Shown here piece by piece: positions 1 through 12,098 of a stretch of DNA of 64,000 bases. How positions within the stretch are numbered: the stretch's first letter is position 1; the number at the start of each line of letters is the position of its first letter. The notes under the pieces were generated by a model, which worked only from the letters and a program-made list of their open reading frames with translations, ran no database searches and was not told the origin of the DNA. This stretch comes from Azolla caroliniana (Eukaryota > Plantae > Polypodiophyta): NCBI GenBank assembly GCA_043228905.1, contig JBHGNT010000003.1, positions 3,162,001 through 3,226,000 on the forward strand. The letters are read 5' to 3'. A program made the position numbers and the translations under genes.

Positions 1-1
1 A

Positions 2-271
2 GGCCCGTATTGGCTGACACGGGAATACAACGGGTCCTATCAGATAGGGACACTTGCCGGTGAAGTACTAGGCAAGTGGGTGAACGGATTTAGACTAAAG
101 CCCTATAAAGGACCGATGCCAAAGAACCCGTTTATGCAGACCACCGGCACTATACCGGGAACGGTACGGATGGAAGAAAAAGACAACGGGGAACCCGTAG
201 CAGAGGTGAAGGAAGAGACGGCAAACCGTAAGGAAAACGGTAAGGGTCCGAAGGGACCTACGGATGTGTAA
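2..271 (+). CDS. C-terminal end of Ty3/gypsy pol (integrase GPY/F module), 5'-truncated by the window edge
   Basis: The frame from nt 2 reads GPYWLTREYNGSYQIGTLAGEVLGKWVNGFRLKPY...TDV*. GPY...VNGxRLKPY is the typical integrase C-terminus of non-chromoviral gypsy elements; no chromodomain follows. Confidence 0.8.
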   Translation, partial: GPYWLTREYNGSYQIGTLAGEVLGKWVNGFRLKPYKGPMPKNPFMQTTGTIPGTVRMEEKDNGEPVAEVKEETANRKENGKGPKGPTDV

Positions 272-347
272 GGTCACATACCGTCATTAAAATAAATAAA
301 TAAATAAATAAATAAAGAAATCATTAAAAATCGAGGTGTGAACGGAC

Positions 348-2966
348 GTGAAAGCAAGGAGCGAAAAGGTACGAAGTGGGCATTTAAGAGCCGCCACGCT
401 ACTTAATACTAAATTGGTACACGACGTGTGCATGCTCGAAAAAGGCGCCAAAACGCACAAAGAAGAAGCAGAACGCATGGAGACCTTTTCATTTCGCGAG
501 CCAAGAAGCACAGAAGCACCAAGGCAGTGGAAGCTGAGCAAACGCGAACCTGCACGCAAAGAACCCCCACGTTCGGAACGCTCTCTTTCTCGCTCTCACT
601 CTCATCACCACTCTACCTCGCCATCTTCCCTCGACCTCGAAGCAGACATGGAACCACAAACGTTGTCGGAAGCGGCCAGGAAATGGTTCAGGCAACACGG
701 ACTGGAGGGGTTCTTGGCCATCATGGAGGCACCGCCGCACAGAGAAGCCGACCGGGTCATCAAGGAGCTCGCCACAGAGGTCATCACCGAGGAAGCGATC
801 CGTGCGCTAACAGGCCTTCCGGAGGGAGGTATCTTCCAGATCGATAACCCAACCTCGGAGCAACTCATCCGATATTTCGGTGAGTACTCTGTTGCCGGCA
901 AAGGCTATCGGACGCAGGGCGGCGAAGATCCGCTATTCAGGGAGATAGCTCGAGTGCTCCATGAGTACGGTCACGTGTACCCCCGACCCCCTGTCATGCC
1001 AAAAAATCGGGCAGGGATGATCATAGCCACCTATGAAGGGATCAAGGTGGACTGGCCGGTGTTGATTGCAGACGGTTTGTGCACGGCAATCGACATGGTA
1101 CGAGGAAAGGACGGCAAGGAGGGCCGGAAGCTGTGGCACGCCGTAGCTCAGTGGATAACATTGCTCGTGCCGCCGGTCGAGACCGTCCAGCCAAAGAAGC
1201 GGCCAAGAGTATCGGAAGGAAGCAGCTCGAAGCCGGCGTCCAAACGACAGCAGCTGCTGGCGTCGAAGGCGACGAAAGGGAAGAAACGGCTCTCAGAACC
1301 GGAGGAGGTGTCACCGGTCCGACCCGTTAAGATAACCATACGGCGACCGGGACAGAAGGAACCGGAACCCTTGACGGCACAGAATCAGGCCGTTACCCAG
1401 GAAGAGGAAACGGAGGAGCCAGAAGAGCACCTCCAACGACGGTCAAGGAGTAGGACCGCCGGGACAGCGGGGGAGCGTTCGTACCCGCAAGAGGAAGAAA
1501 CGCCCCCAACTCAACCTGAGCAAACCACAAGGGAGGAACCGGAACCGGCGCGTATGGAACCGGCCTTGTCGGCTTCTATAGAAGAAGTCATTCCAACGGC
1601 TCCGGAGACGGCGAGGACCGGAACACAACAGCCGGCGAGCCCAGCCAGCACACACGGCGGCCAAGGAGTAGGACCAGTGCAGCAGCAAGGCACCAGTAGC
1701 ATGTGGCTACGGTGGGTAGGCGAGCAAATCGCCGGAGTGGTCGAGTACATAGAGGCGGAGGAGAGAGCGCACCACGAACGGTTGCTCGTCACAACCGTAG
1801 ATCTAGAGACGGCCCGGTCCAGAATCCGGAGCCTTGAACAAGACTTGGACAGGGTCACAAGGGAAATGGCTCAATTGGCTTTGACAACACAAGTCCAAGC
1901 ACCGGTGACTCCGGGCAATGTACAGAATAAAGCGGCAGATCAACCTGTACATAGCAATCAGACCCCGGAAACGGAAACCGTTCCGGAGAGAAATGCGGCA
2001 CGAGCCCAAGAGCTTGCGGACTTAGAGGATGAGCTAGCTGCCCAAGAAGCGCTGAGGAGCCGCGAAAGAGAGTTGAAAACGGCAGCGGAGGCAGAACTCA
2101 AAAAGACTGCTGAGAAGCTACGCTTGGCCGAGGAGAGCTTACGAAAAGGCCACCAAGCGTACGACCGGCTCAAGGAGGAGAAGGAGAAAATGCTGCAAGA
2201 GAAGGAGAGGCTCCGGAGAAACGCCGAAACAGAAGTAGAGCGCCTAAAAGAGGAACTCCGGCAGGTAAAGGACCGGGAGGACCGGAACCATCGCCAGATC
2301 AACGGCAAGCTCAAACAAAAAACAGAGGAATTTGAGCAATTGCACCGGGAGTATAAACGGTTGCAAACGGAGCACAAGGAACGGACAGATGAGCTCCGGC
2401 AAGCAGTTGATCGGACCGCAACCGCATTCGCCAAGGAACAAGCGGAAACCAGAAGACGGTTGGAAGAGGCGGAGAAGGTTCGGACAGATCTCCTCAGGCA
2501 ACAGCAGGCGGAAAAAGAAAGAGCGGCGGAGGTACTGCAGAGGCTGCAAACGACATATCAAGGGCAGCTGACGCGCTACAGAGAGCAGGCGGAGGATACG
2601 GCTAATCTCATCAAGCAGTTGAAGGAGGAGCGACAAGTTGTGGAAAGCAGAGCACAAATGGGAGCAAGTCGCATCCAGGATATCATGCGGGCCTGGTTGA
2701 ACCAGACCAAGAGCTTGATTGACAACGGTTCCGTCAAATGGTGGACCAAGTGGGCCACGAACGCGGCGGAACTCCAATTGCTCCGGGCCGACGTAGAGAA
2801 CCGGCGGAAGGAGGGAGATGATTGCTATATGTTGACTTCCGAAGACTTCACCGGCATAAGAGATGAGCTGGCCGAAGACTTTCAAGCCTTGGCAGAGGAC
2901 CAACTAGAGCAAGTCCGGCAACTTGTAGCTCAGCTGGACGACGACAGGCTGGAGGCGCAGATCTAG
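348..2966 (+). CDS. Gypsy 3' extra ORF: N-terminal globular region, basic NLS-like patch, low-complexity linker, long coiled coil
   Basis: 872-codon open frame between pol and the LTR. Likely start is ATG 648 after a CT-rich leader (other in-frame ATG at 432). Motifs EVITEEAIRALTGLPEGG and KVDWPVLI; KKRPR; E/Q/R/K-rich helical region at about aa 480-780. Confidence 0.8.
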   Translation: MKARSEKVRSGHLRAATLLNTKLVHDVCMLEKGAKTHKEEAERMETFSFREPRSTEAPRQWKLSKREPARKEPPRSERSLSRSHSHHHSTSPSSLDLEADMEPQTLSEAARKWFRQHGLEGFLAIMEAPPHREADRVIKELATEVITEEAIRALTGLPEGGIFQIDNPTSEQLIRYFGEYSVAGKGYRTQGGEDPLFREIARVLHEYGHVYPRPPVMPKNRAGMIIATYEGIKVDWPVLIADGLCTAIDMVRGKDGKEGRKLWHAVAQWITLLVPPVETVQPKKRPRVSEGSSSKPASKRQQLLASKATKGKKRLSEPEEVSPVRPVKITIRRPGQKEPEPLTAQNQAVTQEEETEEPEEHLQRRSRSRTAGTAGERSYPQEEETPPTQPEQTTREEPEPARMEPALSASIEEVIPTAPETARTGTQQPASPASTHGGQGVGPVQQQGTSSMWLRWVGEQIAGVVEYIEAEERAHHERLLVTTVDLETARSRIRSLEQDLDRVTREMAQLALTTQVQAPVTPGNVQNKAADQPVHSNQTPETETVPERNAARAQELADLEDELAAQEALRSRERELKTAAEAELKKTAEKLRLAEESLRKGHQAYDRLKEEKEKMLQEKERLRRNAETEVERLKEELRQVKDREDRNHRQINGKLKQKTEEFEQLHREYKRLQTEHKERTDELRQAVDRTATAFAKEQAETRRRLEEAEKVRTDLLRQQQAEKERAAEVLQRLQTTYQGQLTRYREQAEDTANLIKQLKEERQVVESRAQMGASRIQDIMRAWLNQTKSLIDNGSVKWWTKWATNAAELQLLRADVENRRKEGDDCYMLTSEDFTGIRDELAEDFQALAEDQLEQVRQLVAQLDDDRLEAQI

Positions 2967-3239
2967 TTTGAAAGCTACGAGAGGTCCCGGATCCGGGGAG
3001 AGAAAGAACGAGAACCGGTTACGGTTAACCTCAGTGATGAGGAACCGTTACTGGAAGGAGACCGGACCGGAAGTAGTCAAACGGAGATGCCGGAGTCAGA
3101 GAGACAAACGGAGCAGCCGGAGTCAGAGAAACAAACGGAGCAGCCGCCTATAGAGCAGCCGGAACAGCCTCAGTCCCAACCGCAACCACAGCAGCAGCAG
3201 CAGCAAGCACAGCCGCAACAACCACAACCGGAAGAATAA
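2967..3239 (+). pseudogene. In-frame continuation of the extra ORF beyond TAG 2964-2966 (90 codons, E/Q/P-rich tail)
   Basis: The same frame reads FESYERSRIRGEKEREPVTVNLSDEEPLLEG...QPQQQQQQAQPQQPQPEE* to TAA 3237-3239, with the same compositional style as the ORF. Confidence 0.7.
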
Positions 3240-3285
3240 TTGGAAACTCTGGAACAAGATATTTTGGACAGTTTGGGGTGAACGA

Positions 3286-3759
3286 TGAAGGGGCCGAGAA
3301 GGGTTCGACGTACAAGGTACTGTCCCACGGGCGTGCCATGTGTTACCGGCCGGCAAGGAGTCCAAAATACGGAGTGAAGGAATTAATTAAATATGGTTGT
3401 AAATGAGCATAGTGGGGACGGACGGACTGGAAACGGTATGCCGTTCCAGATCCGGACGGATCCCGAATAGGTGCGATAGGCACCGTTTTGTACTACGGGC
3501 CGGAAACCTATTTAAAGGCCCGGACCCCATTGTAATCATAGCGGATAATTAATGGAGCTTATGATGTTTATACTTCTGTCTTGATTTCCGTTCTGTAATT
3601 ACGGTTATATCTTACGCGTGTAATTAACCAAAGCACTCTAATTGTGTAACCTACGTAAGTCGGTGTAAGCGTGGAATCTTAATCCTATGCCGTAATCACC
3701 CTTTGGTGAAGTGTCTCCGTGACACCTTGTGTTAGGCCTTGTCCGGTCAGAGAATAACA
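3286..3759 (+). mobile_element. Probable 3' LTR of the gypsy element
   Basis: Purine-rich GGGGTGAACGA directly precedes TG at 3286; TATA-like CCTATTTAAAGG at ~3507; ends ...AATAACA at 3759, where the sequence character changes. The partner LTR is outside the window. Confidence 0.55.
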
Positions 3760-4088
3760 TCTGTTGCCTTGGAGAAGGATGAAGAGCAGGTGAACTTCAT
3801 CAACATGAGGCTTAGACCTGGCTTAGAGCACTTTGGGAATGCCCCAATCAAGATGAGGAGGTAGGTGCCAAGAACATAGCGGATACCAAACGTTTCCAGC
3901 CTGTCTCCCATGAACCCATCCCTCCTTTGGTTGGTGAACCTGGGGAGCTCATAGAGCTTGACGATGAGTTAACGGAGGACCCCACAGTAGCTAGCCTATC
4001 GAGAGTGGATAGCAGTGCGCTGAATGTGGATGATAGTTCACCGAAAGACAATGAAACCAACAATGTGGATACCCTCCTAGCCATGTAG
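3760..4088 (+). pseudogene. Acidic C-terminal coding remnant interrupted by the gypsy insertion (possibly a DNA-transposase tail)
   Basis: Reads ...ECPNQDEEVGAKNIADTKRFQPVSHEPIPPLVGEPGELIELDDELTEDP...DTLLAM* and is followed by an abrupt drop to AT-rich DNA. The family is not recognised. Confidence 0.3.
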
Positions 4089-5379
4089 ATAGATTTCGTA
4101 TAACTACTTTTGATGTATTTACGACATATATTGTTGATGTCTAATGAATTTTTTTTGTGAAATTGGAGGTTCTATCTTTTAATCAATTCTATTCGTTAAT
4201 ATGATCCAATTTATTTGTTTATATGGTGCTATATTATGTTTTGATTATTTCATTGATATGTTTATTTCTTGTTGCACATATTTATTAAATTTGTTGGACT
4301 ATCATCTTTCTTTGTAGCTAAAATCAAATACAATGTATATTCATCCTTAACGGTAATAGTAATATACATCTGGTCACCATTTAATATATATTTATAATAT
4401 AAACATGACTTCATATTTACCCACCAATTGTGTTAGTAGAACTTTTACCTAGTTTGTTTATTGTAACTCACTTTTTATATTTATTATACTTATAGAATAA
4501 CTATGATAAATAACATATAGTGGGACTGAACGAGGCATTTATAGATATTGGGACATATTTGCTTTATCGGAGGGGAATATACAACAACAATCATGTTTCT
4601 ATGGTTGATGGTTGTCTAGACTGAAAGTATGGAGGGCTATTCAATGTGTGTTCTATATAGATTATTAGTACTCCTTTTGTATATATGTGTTTAACCTCTT
4701 GTTTTAGGGTTTATGGGTATATAGTCACATGAACATTTTAATGCATGCTTCAACATTACTAATGGAGTGTTGTCTCTATTTTGGTACCCAAATATTTAGC
4801 ATGTCTATGGCTTAATAATTGTCATATATGTTTTGGTATATTATTTTATGATAAATGTCATGTAAACTAATAGTTATGAATACTCTTTATAATTCTAATT
4901 TTCTTGTGTTCTCACGAACATATACATTTGGTGTTATATCCTACAAGATCTTTACTAAGGATTCATTTGAGTTTATTGTAATCAATAATATGTAAATATC
5001 AATTTCTCGAATAGCATATATACCTCTCTGGGATAGTTAAACCATCGTAAACCTCATGCACTTTACACCTTGCGAAAATGGATTCCCCATTTATTAATGC
5101 TTGCCTCAAATAATTAATTTGTATCAAATGAAAGCGTGTTTAAACCCTTCTTAAATTTGTAAACATTGCAAAAATAAATATCATACATTTATATATTTTC
5201 ACCAAAATAGCATGTTATCTATGTAGAGAGATGTTTCGTATTAATAAATCAGTAAATTCTACATCTTTGGTTGATCATGTGATACTGGTGCACGTCCAAT
5301 TTCACAACAGACTAAAATTGTGTAACTACAAATGGAATCTAAAAGTGGAATGCGCAAACGTGTTACTAGATTAGCAATT

Positions 5380-6069
5380 CGTTTTTCGCAAATCCAATTC
5401 AAGCGCAGTTCCAACTGACACTTAACTCACTATTATTACTTGAGGGAAAAGCATGCTTAGCACCCAAAAGTTATCACTCCATAATGAATGTCAATGTGGT
5501 AATGTAATGTAAGATGATGAGGTATAAATGTTTGATAAATAGTTTTGTTTTTGTTTTTCACACAAGTACTAGAATTTGGTTTTTGATTAGGTTTTGAGAG
5601 GAAAGATGAAGGGATGGACTCTGGAGTTGAAGTTGATGTATGGAGAGAGTTTTGGATAATTTTAAATTTTGCTCATATTTTCTCTCACTTTATGTTAATT
5701 ACAAGTATAGCCTTTCATCACTTAAGTGTCTCTTTGAAGCAAAAAAAAAAAATACAGTCTTTGTCTCTCTCTGTCTATCTATCCTATTCTGTTTCTCTTA
5801 TGACTGTTCTTCTATGACTATAAAAACTGTCCATTTTAGTTCAAAAGAAAGGTAACCGAAAAACTATTTGTTTCTTTCCTTTCTTACCCCACTTTCTTTT
5901 CTTTTTTCATCCCTTCATATATGTATATATTGCCATAGTTTAGAACCTCTCACCAACAAAAATTCTCAGTTTCTATGAGACACACATATGTTTATATATA
6001 TTTTGAGTGGCTTCTATGATTGGGTAGCTAGATAGGTAGATTTTATTATTGTGCTCGAAAATGTGACCT

Positions 6070-6105
<36 letters not shown>

Positions 6106-8288
6106 AGACAAAAAATCATGGGATACTTCAAAGCATTTCGCTCTTTTTTAGTCATACACAGACATGGAGTTTCCTACACTTCAAAGCACCTATAAAGACC
6201 AACGAATAGATCATGAATAATAAACATACTCTAAGAACTATCTTCTCCCTAAAGGAAAGTCCATTCACATACTATTAAACCATTTTTTAAGTATCAAACA
6301 ACAACAACAACAACAACAAAAGAAGAAGAAGATGATGATGATGATGAATGCTTCCAATGGGAAACAAATGGCCGAACATCTACATCCACATAATCCCATC
6401 CCTACTATCTATAAATTGTCCGTCGAGCAATCTAATCCACTCAATCAAAAACCAGAAGAATGGAAAAACTACATGGAGAAAGAAATCTAATTTGCTGCTC
6501 TTAAGCCTATTGATAGATAGTATGGCTTATGGCTGAACACACATCTACGTCCCAAAAACCTAAAGTGATCGGATTTATCCCGCCTGCACTGTTCCAGGCG
6601 AAGCCATACTCATATTGTGTCATAACTTCGAGCCTTCCCCTATGGATAGATGCAAGGCCGTATGTGTGCAGAAATTCATGGAAAGCCATAAGATATCACA
6701 TGTGGGAGAGATCACCACAAAATTCATCCCCGAGCCCCAGGAACTTAGTGACAACTATTTCGGCCTAACCAGGGCTTAAAACTTTGATTCCTTGAGACTT
6801 CTGGTCACCGTTGATACCATCTTCATTCATGAATTCTTTCTGTTCCTGAGCGAGGATTGGCCTAACTCCGAAGAGAAGAAGAGTGGGTACTTGTACACCT
6901 TCATCAACAATGAAATCACAATATCCCAAATATGGAGGGACTTGCTACTAATAGGCAACCAGATTCCCATGTCATTCCTAAAGGAAATTTATAAACATCC
7001 CAAAGGAATCACCCGACTTCACAATTATGGATTTCCTGGATTGCTTGGATTATTTTGTTTTGGTAAAAGGTCCATTCTTCGTCAGCTGGGAGGAGAATGC
7101 GAAGCTTCTCGAGTGTGAGCATCTACTCGATTGCCTATATGTTTCGTGCACACAAAAAGAATCACTTGAACATTCTAGGGAGCTGCAAAAATCTAAGAAT
7201 CCAAGTAGATGCATGCAACTCCTGAACCTTCTATGGGGCTGCAAAAAGAGCAAGGAGCAAAATGATTCCCTTCCAACGACATGTAACTTCTGCGACTGGT
7301 TTTAGCAAGGATTGAGAAAGAGGAAGAAACACGGTGACCACCCCCCGACAGCATCTAACCTCTCTAAAACAGGGGTGAAGGTAGCATATCAATCAAGTAT
7401 AATAGGAGGAAACAACAGCTTTACCTTCCATGCATTATCGTGAGCAATAACATGCACAAATCTCCAAAGAAGATGAGGTAAGTGCATATGCTCATTGTTG
7501 CGCAAGAAGATATCGAAATCTTAACTCAGGCCAAAGTATTAAGGAACTATCTCGAGCACCAGCATTTTCATCAAAAACAGCAGCTGGTTCTACCTCGTAG
7601 ACGCTCTACATGAACACTGCGTTACGACCCATTGGCATTACTTGTATGCGGAGTTTCATGAGAAGTATTTTTCTTAGCCATGGCTGCGATTCTCTTGCTC
7701 ATCTTTTCATTATTGCAGACGCTGTTTTCAATCTTATGTTATGTTCTCCCAGCACAAAAATAAGGAAGATTAAAACAATCTCAAGGTGTTGAGTTTTCTT
7801 TTATGGATTTGAGACTCCATTTTACTTTATTTCCTTATTTTGAGCTTTTTGATCTTGATGTCGGGATTTATAAATGACTCGAGCTTGTAATTGTGGAAGA
7901 TCAAGTTGTTAAAGCAAACTAACTCATAAGAAATCATTGTAATCCTGAGCGTAGTTTTTATCCAAAGCTCTGATTCAATATTGCTTGCGCTTAAGATAAA
8001 TCATCTAGTGTTTTATATAATATTGAGTACTTTGTTACAACTATCAGAAATAACCTAAACCATTACCAATACAAGACGCTTATTAAGATAAATCGTCTAG
8101 TGATGCATGTATTATTGAGTACTTTGTTACATGTATCAGAAATAGATTTAACCATTACCGGTACAAGACACTTAAGATTTGAAACAGGGATTTCATTCCT
8201 TCTCTTGCTTAAATTGCACTAATTACTTCCTTAACTTGCATCATAAATTGCTGCTATCTACAATTATCTAATGAGCAAACCTCCATAA
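5380..8288 (+). repeat. Left arm of a large inverted segmental duplication (partner ~57227-60965)
   Basis: Direct reading: ~5394-5510 is the reverse complement of ~60845-60955, 6537-6617 of ~59871-59950, and 7866-8288 of 58399-58027 plus 57280-57227. Confidence 0.9.
6332..7773 (+). pseudogene. DUF247/UPF0481 pseudogene, copy 1 (subfamily A)
   Basis: Pieces PEEWKNYMEKEI, LVTVDTIFIHEF, RDLLLIGNQIPMSFL, CEHLLDCLY, PTASNL, YAEFHEKYFS*PWL; several stops and frameshifts. Confidence 0.85.
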
Positions 8289-8476
8289 TGTTGGAAAATA
8301 TAAGGAAAATAATATTATAAAATAAATAAATTGTAAGAATAGTGGTATGATATGAATAGTCATACCACGAACAGTTACAACTGAACAATTAAAGGACATA
8401 CTTGTCCTATAAAGAGACATGCACGCCTCTCTACAGATTAGAAGATAAAAGAATCAATTTCTGAATTAAAACAATT

Positions 8477-8528
<52 letters not shown>

Positions 8529-8541
8529 CTGTTATTTTACA
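8289..8541 (+). mobile_element. 5' LTR of copia element 1
   Basis: TGTTGG...TTTTACA with TATA CCTATAAAG at ~8406 and a (CT)n tract. It starts exactly where homology to the paralogous flank stops and is followed by a PBS. Confidence 0.8.
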
Positions 8542-8553
8542 TGGTATCAAAAC
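8542..8553 (+). promoter_or_regulatory. Primer-binding site (tRNA-iMet type), degenerate
   Basis: TGGTATCAAAAC versus canonical TGGTATCAGAGC, directly after the LTR-terminal CA. Confidence 0.8.
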
Positions 8554-8765
8554 AGGTTCCCTATTCTTACCATAGAAAAAATCAGAGCCTGCAGATCAAA
8601 CTTTCTACACAAAAACAACAACAAATCAGAGATGATCAGAGAACAACCTGTAGATAAAACTTTCTGCACAAAATAATAATATATCTCAGAATAGGCCAAA
8701 ACCTTTTACCCCTTCTAAGGCCTGCACACTCCTGTTTTTCTTGAACAAATAATCTTTTGTACCGA

Positions 8766-11585
8766 ATGGCTCAGTCAACATCTTCATCCCAAAACTTCCT
8801 GTATAGAAAAACAGCCTTTAGCAAATTGAATAACACAAATTATCGAGTTTGGAGTAGCAAATTGACTCTCCTTTTCAAACAACTGAAATTATGGGCAGTA
8901 GTTGAGGGCATGGAGATACAACCCAACACGTTAGACCCAAACTACCCTGCATGGGAAGAAAAAGATCTAGCAGCAAAGCTAGAAATCATGTCGAATTTGG
9001 AAGACCAGCAAGCCTACGCGATCAGAAATTGTGCCACTGCAAACGCCATGTAGATCGACTTGAAGAACGAATACGAACCAACTACAGATGAAAACCAGGT
9101 CATGACTCTAAACTCATTAGTCGTTTTAAAAATGCAAGAGGAAGATGAAATGAATGCATTTATAAACTCATGGAAATGCAAATTAGATGACTATCTCATG
9201 TCCGGAGTAGAAATCAATCGAAGTTGCAAAGGCTCCTTTTATTAGGTGCACTACCACCATCTTGGAGCACTTTTGTGACCACCCAAAACATCAATACAAA
9301 CACAACTCTCATTGACTTGATTAATTGTACACGACAAGAAGAAGCCATGAAAAAGGCACGCCATCCTGAACAGACACAACACACATCAGCAATGATAGCA
9401 TATCGTAGCAAACAACCCTATCAAAACCAAAGAATAGAATATAGGCCTAGAAGCTATCTTGAAAACTCTAGACCACAAATCGGAGGCCTCAGGTTCTCAC
9501 AACTTTTCTGCACCGTCTGCAAGAAATCTGGACACAAACAATCAATGTAGGTTTAGACAAATCAGAAATAAACAATCATATTAAAGACCTAAATCATCTC
9601 GAGTAGAAGTCCATCTAGCTAAAGAAGTTTCGGAAGATGACTCATACCCAACCGAAACAAACAATGAAAAAAATAATGATGGCTATGACAACCTCATGCA
9701 AGCTTTTCTTGCAAAAGCTTTAACTGCAAGAATCAATGCTAAACAGAAATTAGACAACACTTGGTACTTCAATACCGGTGCCACCCATCATATGACAAAT
9801 AATAAACAATCTATTATAAATTATAAACCCTTACAAAAACCAATTCCTGTTGTATTTGGCAACAATGGAAGCCTAAATGCGTTAGGAAAAGGGGATGTCA
9901 ACCTTCTCCTACAAGAAAATCAGCTCCTCACTATAGAAAATGTCTATTTTGTTCTTGGAATAAAAAAGGTACATCCATAAAATTCGAAGAAACATATGCA
10001 CAACTTAAGCATAAAACTCCTGGTGGACAGACAACAAAATACATTTGTAAACACCTAGATGAAGGGCTATACCGCATTCCATGCACACCCACGACTACTA
10101 CACTAAAAGCATACTATACATCGACAAACGAACAATTTTGTTTAACAAATTTGTGGCACCATCGACTCGCACACACACATTTACAAGCAATAAAAAATAT
10201 GCAACTACATAACATGGCATTAGGCCTTCCAAAAGCCCATCTCACAAATCTGAAAACCTGTGAAGGGTGCATTCTTGGAAAAATGCCCCAACATACTTTT
10301 CCAAGCCAACAAACCACAAGCAGTCGACCACTGCAACTTGTCCATAGCGATCTCTGTGGCCCCTTTCCTACAAAATCAATTAGTGGATCAGTATACTTCG
10401 TAAGTTTTATTGATGACTATAGTAAATTCACCGTTATCACCTTCCTAAAAGCTAAAACCCAAGCTCTATCTGCATTCAAGAATTATCACTCTCTTGCTGA
10501 AAATCTAACAAACCAAAAACTTCAATTCTTACAAATGGATGGAGGGGAGTACCACTCAAACGAATTCATAAATTTCTGCAAATCACAAGGAATCCACCAT
10601 CGAAGGCCTGTTCCACACACACCTCAACAAAACGGTACTGCAGAAAGAAAAAACAGAAGCCTGTTAAACGCTGCTCACAGCATGTTACATGCTGCAAAAC
10701 TAGAATCGAAGTTCTGGGAAGAAGCCATTGCGACAGCCTGCTACATTCAAAATCGAATCTACCACCACTCCCAAGGCTTCCTTACTCCGTTTGAACTTTG
10801 GAATAGACATAAACCTCATCTCCAAAATTTCAAAATATTTGGTTGTCCTACATTTCCTCACATATCAGATATGAAAAGAAAGAAACTTGATCCAAAAGCT
10901 AAGAAAGCCATTTTTGTTGGCTATGGTGATGCCCATGGCTATAAAGCCTTCCGCTTATGTGACCCAGACACAAACACATTGAACTTTTTTAGTGGAAGTG
11001 TCCTCTTTGATGAAGATATAATTCTTCAACAACAAAAATGTTCGAACTTTTTTAGTGGAAGTGTCCTCTTTGATGAAGATATAATTCTTCAACAACAAAA
11101 ATGTTCTACAACACTTTCACCAACAACAGAAAATAATCAGGATTCAGCACAATCAGGAGGTAGTCACTCAATGGCGGCTACACCTCAATGAACCCTCCTC
11201 ACATGATATGCACCAAGTTCCCATTACCACTGATCCTACACCATCCTCTGTCTCCTTCACCCTAACAGCCCCCTCAAATCACACATTCTCTGATGCTGAG
11301 TACAGTTCCACACACTCGAGCGCCACCTCTAAACCATTACATAGTCCAAAATTTTCCCCTTTACATCAAGAAAACAGTTATGACTACAGAAATCAGAAAC
11401 TCACCTCGGAAAATCACGTCCAAAATCCTCCATCACCATGGGAGGAGCAAGGCGAATATGACCAACCATCTCCTCCTTCCATCTTCTCAAATAATCCTTG
11501 TTTATGGTCACCACAACACATCATCACTCGAGCCTCAGCTCCCTCTACTCACTACAGAACCACGCCACTTAATAAAGGTGCAAAG
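8766..11585 (+). pseudogene. Ty1/copia element 1 gag-protease-integrase, decayed, RT missing
   Basis: Gag KLNNTNYRVWSSKL and LLGALPPSW; zinc knuckle CTVCKKSGH; protease WYFNTGATHHMT; WHHRLAH, CEGCILGK, VHSDLCGP, TPQQNGTAERKNR. Stops and frameshifts; cut at 11586. Confidence 0.92.
10981..11106 (+). repeat. Perfect 63-bp tandem duplication
   Basis: 10981-11043 equals 11044-11106 (NFFSGSVLFDEDIILQQQKCS twice). Confidence 0.95.
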
Positions 11586-12030
11586 TGATGGGAATATGTG
11601 ACTGAATCGGGAATATTTAAACTTCAAACACAATTAGCACTAGATGAAACCACAAGCCGAAAATGAGAGTACACCAAAAATTTTAACGTGGAAAACCCAA
11701 AGTAGGGAAAAAACTACGGGAACCGTAGGTTCCAAACAACTTCACTATAATTTTGAGTACAATGGAATACGACCTCATTAGAGGAGTGTATCTACCTCAA
11801 GGCAATGGCCTCGGTTACAACCTTCACCCAATCGGGTGGATAGAATAACAAATATTACAAACTGAGTACGACCTCTCTAGGTTTTGACTAGAGGAACGTA
11901 CAAACCTCAAGGCAACAGCCTTAGTTACACAATAGTGAATACAACTGAGTACAGATTCTCTAGGTTTTGACTAGAGAGAATGTACTAGCCTCCAAGCAAC
12001 AACCTTGGCTACAATCTTCACCTGATCGGG
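11586..12030 (-). mobile_element. Truncated LTR, same family as solo LTR 58698-59870
   Basis: Begins TGATGGGAATATG and aligns by eye with ~58698-59155, including CGTGGAAAACCC and the internal GGCAACAGCCTTGGCTACA-type repeats. Confidence 0.85.
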
Positions 12031-12098
12031 CGGTTTTAACTATTTAGGGGGGCAAATAGCCAAAATGGGGGGGCAAATAGCGCTTTCCTAAATCTATT

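Noticed and set aside
348-2966. 872-aa ORF as a host myosin/SMC gene or a true retroviral envelope
   Set aside because: It is intronless and lies between gypsy integrase and an LTR; no Walker motifs, signal peptide or TM helix are visible.
428-3365. Many overlapping and antisense ORFs, up to 219 aa
   Set aside because: Shadows of the GC-richer, purine-biased main ORF, with no independent motifs.
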